From: an uncultured bacterium
GTDB lineage: Bacteria > Acidobacteriota > HRBIN11 > JAKEFK01
Assembly (NCBI GenBank): GCA_963777505.1
Contig: CAVZQN010000004.1
Span: 1,152,001-1,216,000 of the forward strand
DNA: 64,000 nucleotides
Reading direction: 5' to 3'
The notes beneath the pieces were generated by a model, which was not told the DNA's origin, searched no databases, and saw only the letters and a program-made list of their open reading frames with translations. Position numbers and translations under genes: made by a program. Of the stretch, positions 1-7,900 are shown in pieces (positions within the stretch are counted from its first letter, which is position 1; the number at the start of each line of letters is the position of its first letter).

Positions 1-49
1 TGGAGCACAGGCAGAAAGAATAAAACCAAGCAGCAGAATTGGATAGAGA

Positions 50-1336
50 TTACTGTGACGCGTATTTTCTGACGCGGTCTGCAAGTTTTTTCGGCAATTC
101 AACATCAAGTTCAATCCGGCCATCCACATAATTCTTTCCGAAAATTTTGCCTTCATCATGCAGCATGGAAATCAAAGATTGCTCGTCGTTGGGAATTGAC
201 AGGTGCACCCGTTCCCAAAAATCAGAAAGCATCCCGACAATAGCTGAAGTCAAATGATCGATACCTTCTCCAGTTTCTGCAGAAACTGCTACCACATTCC
301 CAAGCTGATGGCTGTACGATTGTAACATGGCAGTTGGATTATCCATTAGATCGATCTTGTTTAATACATGCAAAATCGGTTTATTTGCAGCATCCAGGAT
401 GCGTAAAGTTTCAAGAACTGCCTGAATCTGTTCATCAACTGCAGGACTTGAAGCATCAATCACATGCAACAATAAATTTGCCTGCAATACTTCTTCAAGC
501 GTTGCACGAAATGCCGCAACCAGCTCTGTTGGAAGCTTTTGAATAAATCCGACTGTATCCGAAAACAAGACAGTTTGCTGATTCGGCACGCGAATACTTT
601 TGATTGTTGGATCTAATGTTGCAAAAAGAATAGGCGAAGCAAAGCTTTTGGATCCGGTGAGACGGTTGAAGAGAGTTGTCTTGCCTGCGTTTGTGTAACC
701 GATCAAGGAAGCAATTGGCAAAGGGATATCATGTCGTGATTTCCGTTGTAGTGCGCGAATTTCCTGCACATGATCCAATTGTTTTTTTAAGCGGCTTCTG
801 CGTTCGCGGAGACGGCGGCGATCGAATTCAAGCTTTGTTTCACCCGGTCCTCGAGTTCCAATTCCGCCACCCAGTCTTGATAATTGAATTCCACGTCCTG
901 TTAAACGAGGCAACAAGTAATCAATTTGTGCCAATTCAACTTGTAATTTGCCTTCTGACGTTTTTGCACGTTGAGCAAATATGTCAAGAATGAGTTGTGT
1001 GCGATCAAGAACTTTGCGATCCATGAGGTGTTCAATATTGCGCATTTGCGCAGGTGTTAAAGGATCGTCAAATAAAACCAGATCCACACTTTTGGCATCG
1101 CAGTAAACTTTTATTTCTTCGAGTTTTCCTTTTCCGCAGTAATAAGCCGGATCGCGCCGCGGTTTTTCTTGCAAGAAAATTTGCAGAACATCAGCGCCTG
1201 CAGTAATCGCGAGTGTTGAAAGTTCTTCGAGAGATTGTTCCTCCCGCCAGCGTTCGGCGCGACCGCCATAAATACCGACAGCGACAGCCTTCTCTCGTGG
1301 GGGAATTAAATCCTTAAGGGCGGTTTTCTTATGCAA
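50..1336 (-). CDS. hflX: GTPase HflX
   Basis: LILDIFAQRAKTSEGKLQVELAQ, RGPGETKLE, G1 GYTNAGKTT, LFATLDPT, DTVGFI, NKID; TTG start. Confidence 0.97.
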   Translation of the reverse strand: MHKKTALKDLIPPREKAVAVGIYGGRAERWREEQSLEELSTLAITAGADVLQIFLQEKPRRDPAYYCGKGKLEEIKVYCDAKSVDLVLFDDPLTPAQMRNIEHLMDRKVLDRTQLILDIFAQRAKTSEGKLQVELAQIDYLLPRLTGRGIQLSRLGGGIGTRGPGETKLEFDRRRLRERRSRLKKQLDHVQEIRALQRKSRHDIPLPIASLIGYTNAGKTTLFNRLTGSKSFASPILFATLDPTIKSIRVPNQQTVLFSDTVGFIQKLPTELVAAFRATLEEVLQANLLLHVIDASSPAVDEQIQAVLETLRILDAANKPILHVLNKIDLMDNPTAMLQSYSHQLGNVVAVSAETGEGIDHLTSAIVGMLSDFWERVHLSIPNDEQSLISMLHDEGKIFGKNYVDGRIELDVELPKKLADRVRKYASQ

Positions 1337-1399
1337 AACTTTTGATCAAAAGCCTTCGAATGAAATTATATGATGGTGGGAGCGGTTACGCTAGAGTCT

Positions 1400-1495
1400 A
1401 CAGAATCCAAGATCCAGGTTGCAAGATACAGTGGAGTTCCCTTGTATCCTCCATCTTGTATCTTGTATCTTTTTTCGTATATTTTGTATCCTGTA
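1400..1495. repeat. Degenerate heptamer (TCTTGTA/TACAAGA) short tandem repeats in inverted arrangement
   Basis: caagatccaggttgcaagataca ... cttgtatcctccatcttgtatcttgtatct ... ttgtatcctgta in the hflX/DUF1579 intergenic region. Confidence 0.6.
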
Positions 1496-1598
1496 GCAGC
1501 GGAAATATTTACTGAGTTTCACGATTCCGTTGAAAAGAACCATAGAACCTGGGCACGATCCTGTCGCCTGGAAGAAAAATCACATTTCGGAGGATTGA

Positions 1599-2195
1599 AT
1601 GTATCTGAAGAAGATTGTTTTATCAGTGTTGTGTTTGATTGTAGCTTGCGGTTTCGCGATGGCTCAAGAGAAAAAGGCGCCAAGTGAAGCGGACATGAAA
1701 GCGATGATGGATATGTACACGAAACTTGCTACGCCAGGCGCCCCGCATAAGCATATGGCCAGTTTGGCAGGCACATGGACTACCAAAACGAAATCATGGA
1801 TGGATCCCAGCCAACCCCCAATGGAATCGGCAGGCACATGCACACAAAAAGTATTGCTTGATGGACGATTCCTACAGCAAGAATGCTCAGGCGACATGAT
1901 GGGAATGCCGTTCACAGGGGTTGGTCTTATGGGGTATGACAACTTCACAAAGAAATACAGAGCAACATGGATGGATTCCATGGGAACTGGAATTTATCTT
2001 TTTGAAGGAACAGGAAGTCCCGATGGTAAGACAGTCACAATGACAAGCAGTTGGGATGATCCGATCGAAGGCCCGATGAAGGCTCGCACCGTGACCAAAT
2101 ATATCGACAACAACACCCATACTTTTGAAATGTTTGGAACGGGGAAAGACGGAAAAGAAAAGAAAATGATGGAAATGACCTACACCCGCAAATAA
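1599..2195 (+). CDS. DUF1579 family secreted protein
   Basis: Signal peptide (AMA|QE); TPGAPHKHMASLAGTW, LDGRFLQQE, GYDNFTKKY, WMDSMGTG; GGAGG SD upstream. Confidence 0.88.
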   Translation: MYLKKIVLSVLCLIVACGFAMAQEKKAPSEADMKAMMDMYTKLATPGAPHKHMASLAGTWTTKTKSWMDPSQPPMESAGTCTQKVLLDGRFLQQECSGDMMGMPFTGVGLMGYDNFTKKYRATWMDSMGTGIYLFEGTGSPDGKTVTMTSSWDDPIEGPMKARTVTKYIDNNTHTFEMFGTGKDGKEKKMMEMTYTRK

Positions 2196-2205
2196 TTCGC
2201 ACTCC

Positions 2206-2238
2206 AAAGGGGCGGTCCAAGGCCGCTCCTTTCTCTTT
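2206..2238 (+). terminator. Intrinsic terminator between convergent genes
   Basis: AAAGGGGCGG-tccaagg-CCGCTCCTTT hairpin followed by T-rich run. Confidence 0.65.
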
Positions 2239-2248
2239 AGCTGGCTTT

Positions 2249-2638
2249 TCATTCAGTAGGTGTGGAGCCCTTAATTTGATCTTCTGAGGGAGTGGTGTTC
2301 TGAATTTCTTCAATGATTTGTTCCGCCTCATCCGCATACGCTTCAGGAACCCATATCGCGCCTCTCCAAACTAAGGTCTGAGTTTGTTCAACGACTCCGT
2401 AGGTATCAAACGCAGTGCCTGATTGAGACAGATATGGAATACTTTGATTTTCAAAAGCCAGACATATTTCGATTAGTAAATCATGTCGCTGTGTTTCAAA
2501 AACGCGAGTCAATTCGTTTTTCGGATCTGTTTCGATTCGATCAGCGGATTCCTCAGTGGTTTGAATCAAATCAACATCGCAGTCAGCACAGCGTAGAAAA
2601 CCCTCCCGGTATTCGCTTCCACAATTCGGGCAGATCAT
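2249..2638 (-). CDS. Zinc-ribbon + DUF2007 (putative signal-transducing) protein
   Basis: MICPNCGSEYREGFLRCADCDVDL; C-terminal IWVPEAYADEAEQII. Confidence 0.75.
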   Translation of the reverse strand: MICPNCGSEYREGFLRCADCDVDLIQTTEESADRIETDPKNELTRVFETQRHDLLIEICLAFENQSIPYLSQSGTAFDTYGVVEQTQTLVWRGAIWVPEAYADEAEQIIEEIQNTTPSEDQIKGSTPTE

Positions 2639-3111
2639 TTGTCGCGTTCTGTCCTTTGTTGAAGAATTACTTTTCGAGCCATCGCAATTTGTCCGCTGTG
2701 ATATGCATTATGCTGCAATATCCCTGAAAGCATACCAGCAAGCGTAAGGTCTGGCTCAGTAGTTGACGACTCCGCGATTGTGTTTAACTTGCGAACTAAT
2801 TCATGTAACGAAGAATCCAGATCATACTGAGCTTGTTGCCATGCTCTGTCGCTTACTTCGAGTACAGCTCGCCAATCTCCTTCCTCTGGAATTTCTGGAA
2901 CAAAACTGGAATGTAAACGGCGGATCACTTCTCTTTGCCACGCATCCATATGCAAAGTGATTTCCCAGATGCTGTGTGAATTTGAAACCACGTACGCTGC
3001 AGCTTCTTTATGCGTAAGCCCATCGAGCAAGGATTTTGTGGATGGTCCATGCCATGGTTCTGATTCATGACCTTTTACTAGCTCTTTGGTAAAGTGTTGA
3101 ATCCAATTCAT
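2635..3111 (-). CDS. DinB/YfiT family protein
   Basis: PWHGPS, HSIWEITLH, GILQHNAYHSGQI metal-binding His residues; ATGA overlaps with neighbours. Confidence 0.88.
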   Translation of the reverse strand: MNWIQHFTKELVKGHESEPWHGPSTKSLLDGLTHKEAAAYVVSNSHSIWEITLHMDAWQREVIRRLHSSFVPEIPEEGDWRAVLEVSDRAWQQAQYDLDSSLHELVRKLNTIAESSTTEPDLTLAGMLSGILQHNAYHSGQIAMARKVILQQRTERDK

Positions 3112-4724
3112 TGTTTTCTTTCCTTGTTGAATACAGGTATTTCACCCTTTAGATTTTTCCCGTGTGCACGATGCGATTTTATGTTTGCTGTTTCATCAGG
3201 ATTACGTTTGTATAATTCTAGAAAGTTGCGGCGTCCAATTAGCATGAAGTGCCGATGAAAATCTGAATTGTCATGAAGTATTTTCCATAGTTTGTCATCT
3301 TGAGAAATGAAAACCCATCCTACCCATTTTTCGGGTTCTTTTCTTGCATCATTCCACCATGGTTTCGCGCCTTCATGAACAAATCGTTTAATCGGTAGTT
3401 TTAAATCATAAACAACAGGCGCAATTTCTCCCATCGCAACAAGGATCAACGACCCATCATCATGTTGTTGAAAATACCAGAGAAGGTCACCCTGGAGAGA
3501 CAGGTTACTCGCATCACGCAAAGATTCTTCTAGCAATTCGGAAGAATCAAATTTTCCGAAATAGCTTGATGTGCTGATGAAAAGCGCAAAGACAAGAAAT
3601 AAATAACGCATCAACTTTGAACGTTCAGGGAAATGTGAAAGAAAGAAACAACACGCCGGTACGATGAGTAAGCCATATCGGATACGCGTTGGATGCCCGT
3701 CATGATACTGGATCATAAACAAGAGTAGCGGACCAAGGATTGCAAGCGAAGCGATGAATGCAGGATTCCTAAATTTTCTGCGCAGCATTAAAAAGAATGC
3801 AGCAACTGATCCAATGGCCCACTCAAAACTAACCAGTTTTCCAAGCGTATATAGCGCTACAAAAAAAGATAGAAGATAGCTGCCTTGACCTGGCTGCCAA
3901 TCCGTAAACTTGTGGGTGACATCAATAAATGCAGATCCTGTTGTTCTCCAGTTAATCCAGAATGTTAAAGCAATTGCCAAAAAGTTGGGGATTCCCAGCA
4001 CCAGTCCGTCAAGAAGTATTTTCTTAAAACCACGTCTACTCTTGATGTGAAGCAAGGTCAACAAAAGACCGATCATTCCAAACGTAAACCAATTCTCGTA
4101 GCGGGTAAGCACACCAAAAGCAGAAATAATAGAAGCAAGCAATAGCCATTTTCTGGTCTGAGTGAGTTCGTAGCGTACAAAAAAGTACACGGCGGCCAGA
4201 CTGAATACGATCGAAAGTCCTTCAGTTAAAGAAGTGGATTGAAGATAGAGAATATTTACATTAATCATGTACAGCGTGCTTGCACAGAACGCCGATATTG
4301 GATCAACGACATGTTTCAGCAATTTGAATAAAAGAATGACGCTGAAGATGTAACTCAAGACGGAAAATGGGATTCCTCCAAAGCCGTTGAAGTAGATCCA
4401 ATCATTTTTTACGAGCGGGTAGTATAAGACGTGCGGAAGTGGAAGCCAGAATGCTCCAATTTGAATCCACCCCGGGCTTAAGTTGTCTGCAATCCTTCTG
4501 GGAACAAGCTGATGGCCTTTCGAATCAAAATGGGCATTATGGAAATCATTGCTGATAAAAAGATAAAGGCTCAATGCTGACAAAAGAATTGCACACAACA
4601 ATAGAATTTTTCCGTACGGTAGCTTTCCGAAGTCGACCGAATTCAAGGCTCTTTCGATAGGATCGTGTTTTGATTTGCGAACTTGTGATGGCTGAATTTC
4701 AGGATCGATCAAAGTGTTTTGCAC
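3108..4724 (-). CDS. GT-C fold membrane glycosyltransferase (PMT/ArnT-like)
   Basis: ~10 TM segments, first-loop D (HFDSKGH), WLPLPH, STSLTE, LTRYENW. Confidence 0.7.
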   Translation of the reverse strand: MQNTLIDPEIQPSQVRKSKHDPIERALNSVDFGKLPYGKILLLCAILLSALSLYLFISNDFHNAHFDSKGHQLVPRRIADNLSPGWIQIGAFWLPLPHVLYYPLVKNDWIYFNGFGGIPFSVLSYIFSVILLFKLLKHVVDPISAFCASTLYMINVNILYLQSTSLTEGLSIVFSLAAVYFFVRYELTQTRKWLLLASIISAFGVLTRYENWFTFGMIGLLLTLLHIKSRRGFKKILLDGLVLGIPNFLAIALTFWINWRTTGSAFIDVTHKFTDWQPGQGSYLLSFFVALYTLGKLVSFEWAIGSVAAFFLMLRRKFRNPAFIASLAILGPLLLFMIQYHDGHPTRIRYGLLIVPACCFFLSHFPERSKLMRYLFLVFALFISTSSYFGKFDSSELLEESLRDASNLSLQGDLLWYFQQHDDGSLILVAMGEIAPVVYDLKLPIKRFVHEGAKPWWNDARKEPEKWVGWVFISQDDKLWKILHDNSDFHRHFMLIGRRNFLELYKRNPDETANIKSHRAHGKNLKGEIPVFNKERKQ

Positions 4725-4730
4725 GGATTG

Positions 4731-6503
4731 CTACCGCAGAGGAATACGTTTAAGAAATGACTCATCGGTGATTCGTGCGACAGGATAAGCATCTTTGAAT
4801 GGATCGCGATAAGGTGAACGTTCGTAGAAGAAGTGGAGCCGTGCCTCCGGGTCAGATGCAAACTTAGGATCCGATTTTATTTTTTGCATGAATTCTTTTT
4901 CTAGATCAGGGTTTTTCTTTAGCATGTCTTCCGCGAGGGCTTCCATAACATACGGTTCTGCATATTCTTTTTGTTCAAATATTGCGTTAAAGAATCCCCA
5001 TGCAACAAAAGAATCATTTGATTGAGGTTCCAGCAAACCCATAATGATCCGATTGCTTCGTTGGTTTAGTTTTACGAAAACAGATCCCGCAGAAAATGTG
5101 CGCTCTTCTATGTTTGTTGTGACTTCATAGTTTGCGCCGTGTCTTCCTTCAAACGGTGCATTTTGCCAGTTAACATTTTGGAAGCGATATATTTCAAAGT
5201 TGCCAGTGACCGGCGCTGTAGTCCGGTTTAGTTCAATATTGTGCGCTTCAAGGCGGTCAATTACATCCGTCCATTGGCGCGGAATCAAATATCCAAACGG
5301 CGGAGATACAGAGTTCTGAACCTCAATTGTGTGATACCAGGGCACTGTTAATTCGAAAGGTTCTTTCCCATAGATAATGCGAACGGTACCCGAAATTGGA
5401 CTGACTTCGTGTTTAAATTCAATTCCGCGAAACTGAAATGGCTCACTCTTTTCACGATTTAATTTGAACCGGATGGGAACAGCAGAATCTAAAGCTTTCG
5501 TTTCTTCATCAGCCTTTGATTCAGCGTTAATCAGTTGTTCCCCAGATTGATTTAATTCCTGCAACGCCGAGATCATTAGATCGTAATGCGCACGCACCTG
5601 TACGTCGTACGGTTTGAGCATGTGCGTTTCCACGGTCATTCCGAGTCTATTTTGTATGGTCGCATATCCATCTGAAAACCGTGGATCAGCAAGAAAATGT
5701 GAGATGCCTGCGGCTGGATTCCGATCATCGACCATTTCGAAATAGGGTGCAGACTTGTGGCCTGTTTTTGTGAGACCTTCAACCATCGCCGGCTCCAATG
5801 TTTGTTGCCAGTATTTTGCAACTCCCGAAGCCATCATCGGTTCACGCTGGACAATATAAGTCACATCGTACTGAAAATCGGCGCCATCGCTGACGTGATT
5901 GTCCATGATAAAGTTCGGCAGCCATTTCGTATACAACTTAAGCATGGAACGCATCTCTGGCTGATCTGCTTTCATCCAATCACGATTCAAATTCAAATTT
6001 TCTGATGTCGTTCGCCAGCCCATCTCCTTTGGTCCATTTTGATTGATCCGATTGTATGGCCCGAAACGTTCATGGCCATCTACGCTGAAAATAGGAACCA
6101 CCAGCAACACTACATTGTTCAGCAGCGACTCCAATTTTTTCGTGATCACCATTTCTCGAAGCATCATGAACGATGCATCTTTACCGCCAATTTCTCCTGA
6201 ATGAATTCCATTGATGATCAAAACAACCAGGCGATTCGCTTTGCGTGCAGCATCCGGAGTGAATAATTTTTCGCGCGATACAATCAATAATGGCAGATCA
6301 CGTCCTTCCGGACTTTTCCCAAACTCTGAATAATTCACCCAGGGTGAAGCTGACGCAAGTTTTTTGCAGTAGGCAATGGCTTCATCGTAACGGCCGGTTT
6401 CTACAAACTTCGTGCGCTCAGCGTGTGTGAGCCAATCATTAGGGGTATCTGCAACAGCCATAACTGAAAGTATGATGCAAAATAGGAAAAAGGTCCTCTT
6501 CAT
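4731..6503 (-). CDS. M14 family zinc carboxypeptidase, secreted
   Basis: Signal peptide; GIHSGE (HxxE), NLNLNRD, DNHVSDG, VETHMLK. Confidence 0.9.
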   Translation of the reverse strand: MKRTFFLFCIILSVMAVADTPNDWLTHAERTKFVETGRYDEAIAYCKKLASASPWVNYSEFGKSPEGRDLPLLIVSREKLFTPDAARKANRLVVLIINGIHSGEIGGKDASFMMLREMVITKKLESLLNNVVLLVVPIFSVDGHERFGPYNRINQNGPKEMGWRTTSENLNLNRDWMKADQPEMRSMLKLYTKWLPNFIMDNHVSDGADFQYDVTYIVQREPMMASGVAKYWQQTLEPAMVEGLTKTGHKSAPYFEMVDDRNPAAGISHFLADPRFSDGYATIQNRLGMTVETHMLKPYDVQVRAHYDLMISALQELNQSGEQLINAESKADEETKALDSAVPIRFKLNREKSEPFQFRGIEFKHEVSPISGTVRIIYGKEPFELTVPWYHTIEVQNSVSPPFGYLIPRQWTDVIDRLEAHNIELNRTTAPVTGNFEIYRFQNVNWQNAPFEGRHGANYEVTTNIEERTFSAGSVFVKLNQRSNRIIMGLLEPQSNDSFVAWGFFNAIFEQKEYAEPYVMEALAEDMLKKNPDLEKEFMQKIKSDPKFASDPEARLHFFYERSPYRDPFKDAYPVARITDESFLKRIPLR

Positions 6504-6550
6504 TGTACCGATGGAAAATATACCCTAAATGATTCAATGTTAGAATGGTA

Positions 6551-6607
6551 CTCTGTGCCCTCTGCGGTTAAAAAGCAGAGTAATTAACCGCAGAGATCGC
6601 AAAGATC
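6551..6607. repeat. Dispersed palindromic intergenic repeat (AACCGCAGAGACGCAGAG-type), back-to-back pair
   Basis: ctctgtgccctctgcggttaa ... ttaaccgcagagatcgcaaag; related copies near 17893, 21675, 22002, 38616-38697, 40177, 48946, 58248. Confidence 0.65.
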
Positions 6608-6610
6608 AAC

Positions 6611-7558
6611 ATGATAGATCTTGAGAAGATACGGAGTGCGGCGGCGGCTATTAGTCCGCACATTCATCGAACACCTTTACGGCCTTCCTTTTATTTTTCC
6701 GAAATTTCTGGATTTGATGTTTCGCTAAAGCTTGAGAATTGGCAGCCAACAGGATCTTTTAAAGTGCGAGGGGCTCTTAATCTTGTTCGATCATTATCGA
6801 TACAGGAGCGCTTACGCGGTCTTGTGGCATGGTCTGCTGGAAATCATGCATTAGGAGTAGCGTATGCATCACGTGTGTATGATGCGCCTGCGACAATCTA
6901 TGTTCCACGAAAGACGCCGAGATCAAAGCTGGATAAACTTCAGCATTTTCTTGTCGATGTGCGAGGCGCTGAAACTTATGAAGATGCCGAACGTGAGGGT
7001 CGCTCTCTCGCGGAAAAGTTGGGGCTGACAATCGTTCATCCTTATGATGATTGGCGAACTGTTGCTGGACAGGGCACAATCGCTCTCGAGTTGCACGAAC
7101 AGATGCCTGAGCTTGATGCTGTTGTTGTCCCTGTTGGCGGGGGAGGATTAATTAGCGGTATTGCCATCGCACTGAAGAGTTTGGATCCGGATGTAAAGAT
7201 TATCGGTGTTCAAAGCGCCAATTCTCCGGCATTGAGCAAATCTTTAGAGGACAAAGTTTGTTATGAAGAATTTCCTGTTGAGCATTCAATAGCAGAAGGT
7301 CTGGCCGGTGGTATTGGCAAAATCGTTTACGAACTGGCTCCAAAGTATATCGATGAAATTCTTCTTGTTGACGAGGAAGAGATCAAAAAGGCCATCTTGC
7401 TCATGTTAGAACAAGAACAAGTTGTGACGGAGGCCTCTGCAGCAGTCACCCTTGCTGCGCTGACGCAAATTGAATCCGTTCCTCGTGGATCTCGTGTAGC
7501 TGCAATCGTTTCGGGCGGAAACCTCAACATGAGACTCCTGCGAGAAATCCTGCAATAA
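6611..7558 (+). CDS. PLP-dependent threonine/serine dehydratase (no ACT domain)
   Basis: KLENWQPTGSFKVRGA PLP lysine, SAGNHA, VPVGGGGL, SGGN. Confidence 0.92.
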   Translation: MIDLEKIRSAAAAISPHIHRTPLRPSFYFSEISGFDVSLKLENWQPTGSFKVRGALNLVRSLSIQERLRGLVAWSAGNHALGVAYASRVYDAPATIYVPRKTPRSKLDKLQHFLVDVRGAETYEDAEREGRSLAEKLGLTIVHPYDDWRTVAGQGTIALELHEQMPELDAVVVPVGGGGLISGIAIALKSLDPDVKIIGVQSANSPALSKSLEDKVCYEEFPVEHSIAEGLAGGIGKIVYELAPKYIDEILLVDEEEIKKAILLMLEQEQVVTEASAAVTLAALTQIESVPRGSRVAAIVSGGNLNMRLLREILQ

Positions 7559-7575
7559 CGCCTGTCCTCTAAAAC

Positions 7576-7604
7576 TTGACAAAACCCTGAGTTACGCCTA
7601 TCTT
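7576..7604 (+). promoter_or_regulatory. Sigma70-type promoter
   Basis: TTGACA (7576)-17 bp-TATCTT (7599), 18 nt before ATG 7623. Confidence 0.6.
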
Positions 7605-7622
7605 TAGTAACTGGAATAACTT

Positions 7623-7886
7623 ATGGGCAAAAAGAAGCAGAAATCTGAACTTGTTAATGATCGAACACTAGCTTGTCCGGTATGTCTTTCGGACAATTTG
7701 GATTCAATTTCAGTTCGAATGAAGAAGTGCGAGTCCTGTGGATTTATCTGGAATCATGAAGTATCAGACAGGGACAATCTTCTGTTAATCATGGAGCATC
7801 AGTCAAAGAGGGACAATCCCCCTGATGTGACAACAAATCCTGGGTTGCAAATACCTTTCGTTTCAAAAGTCCGCAAACAAAAGTAA
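7623..7886 (+). CDS. Small zinc-ribbon protein
   Basis: CPVC-x13-CESCGFIW; has its own sigma70 promoter. Confidence 0.65.
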   Translation: MGKKKQKSELVNDRTLACPVCLSDNLDSISVRMKKCESCGFIWNHEVSDRDNLLLIMEHQSKRDNPPDVTTNPGLQIPFVSKVRKQK

Positions 7887-7900
7887 GCCGCCGGGTTCTC

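Noticed and set aside
1370-1687. 105-aa ORF and similar ones (16273-16581, N-terminus of 38671)
   Set aside because: Translations of intergenic short repeats (LYLFSYILYP, ITNSDLRITN), overlapping better-supported genes.
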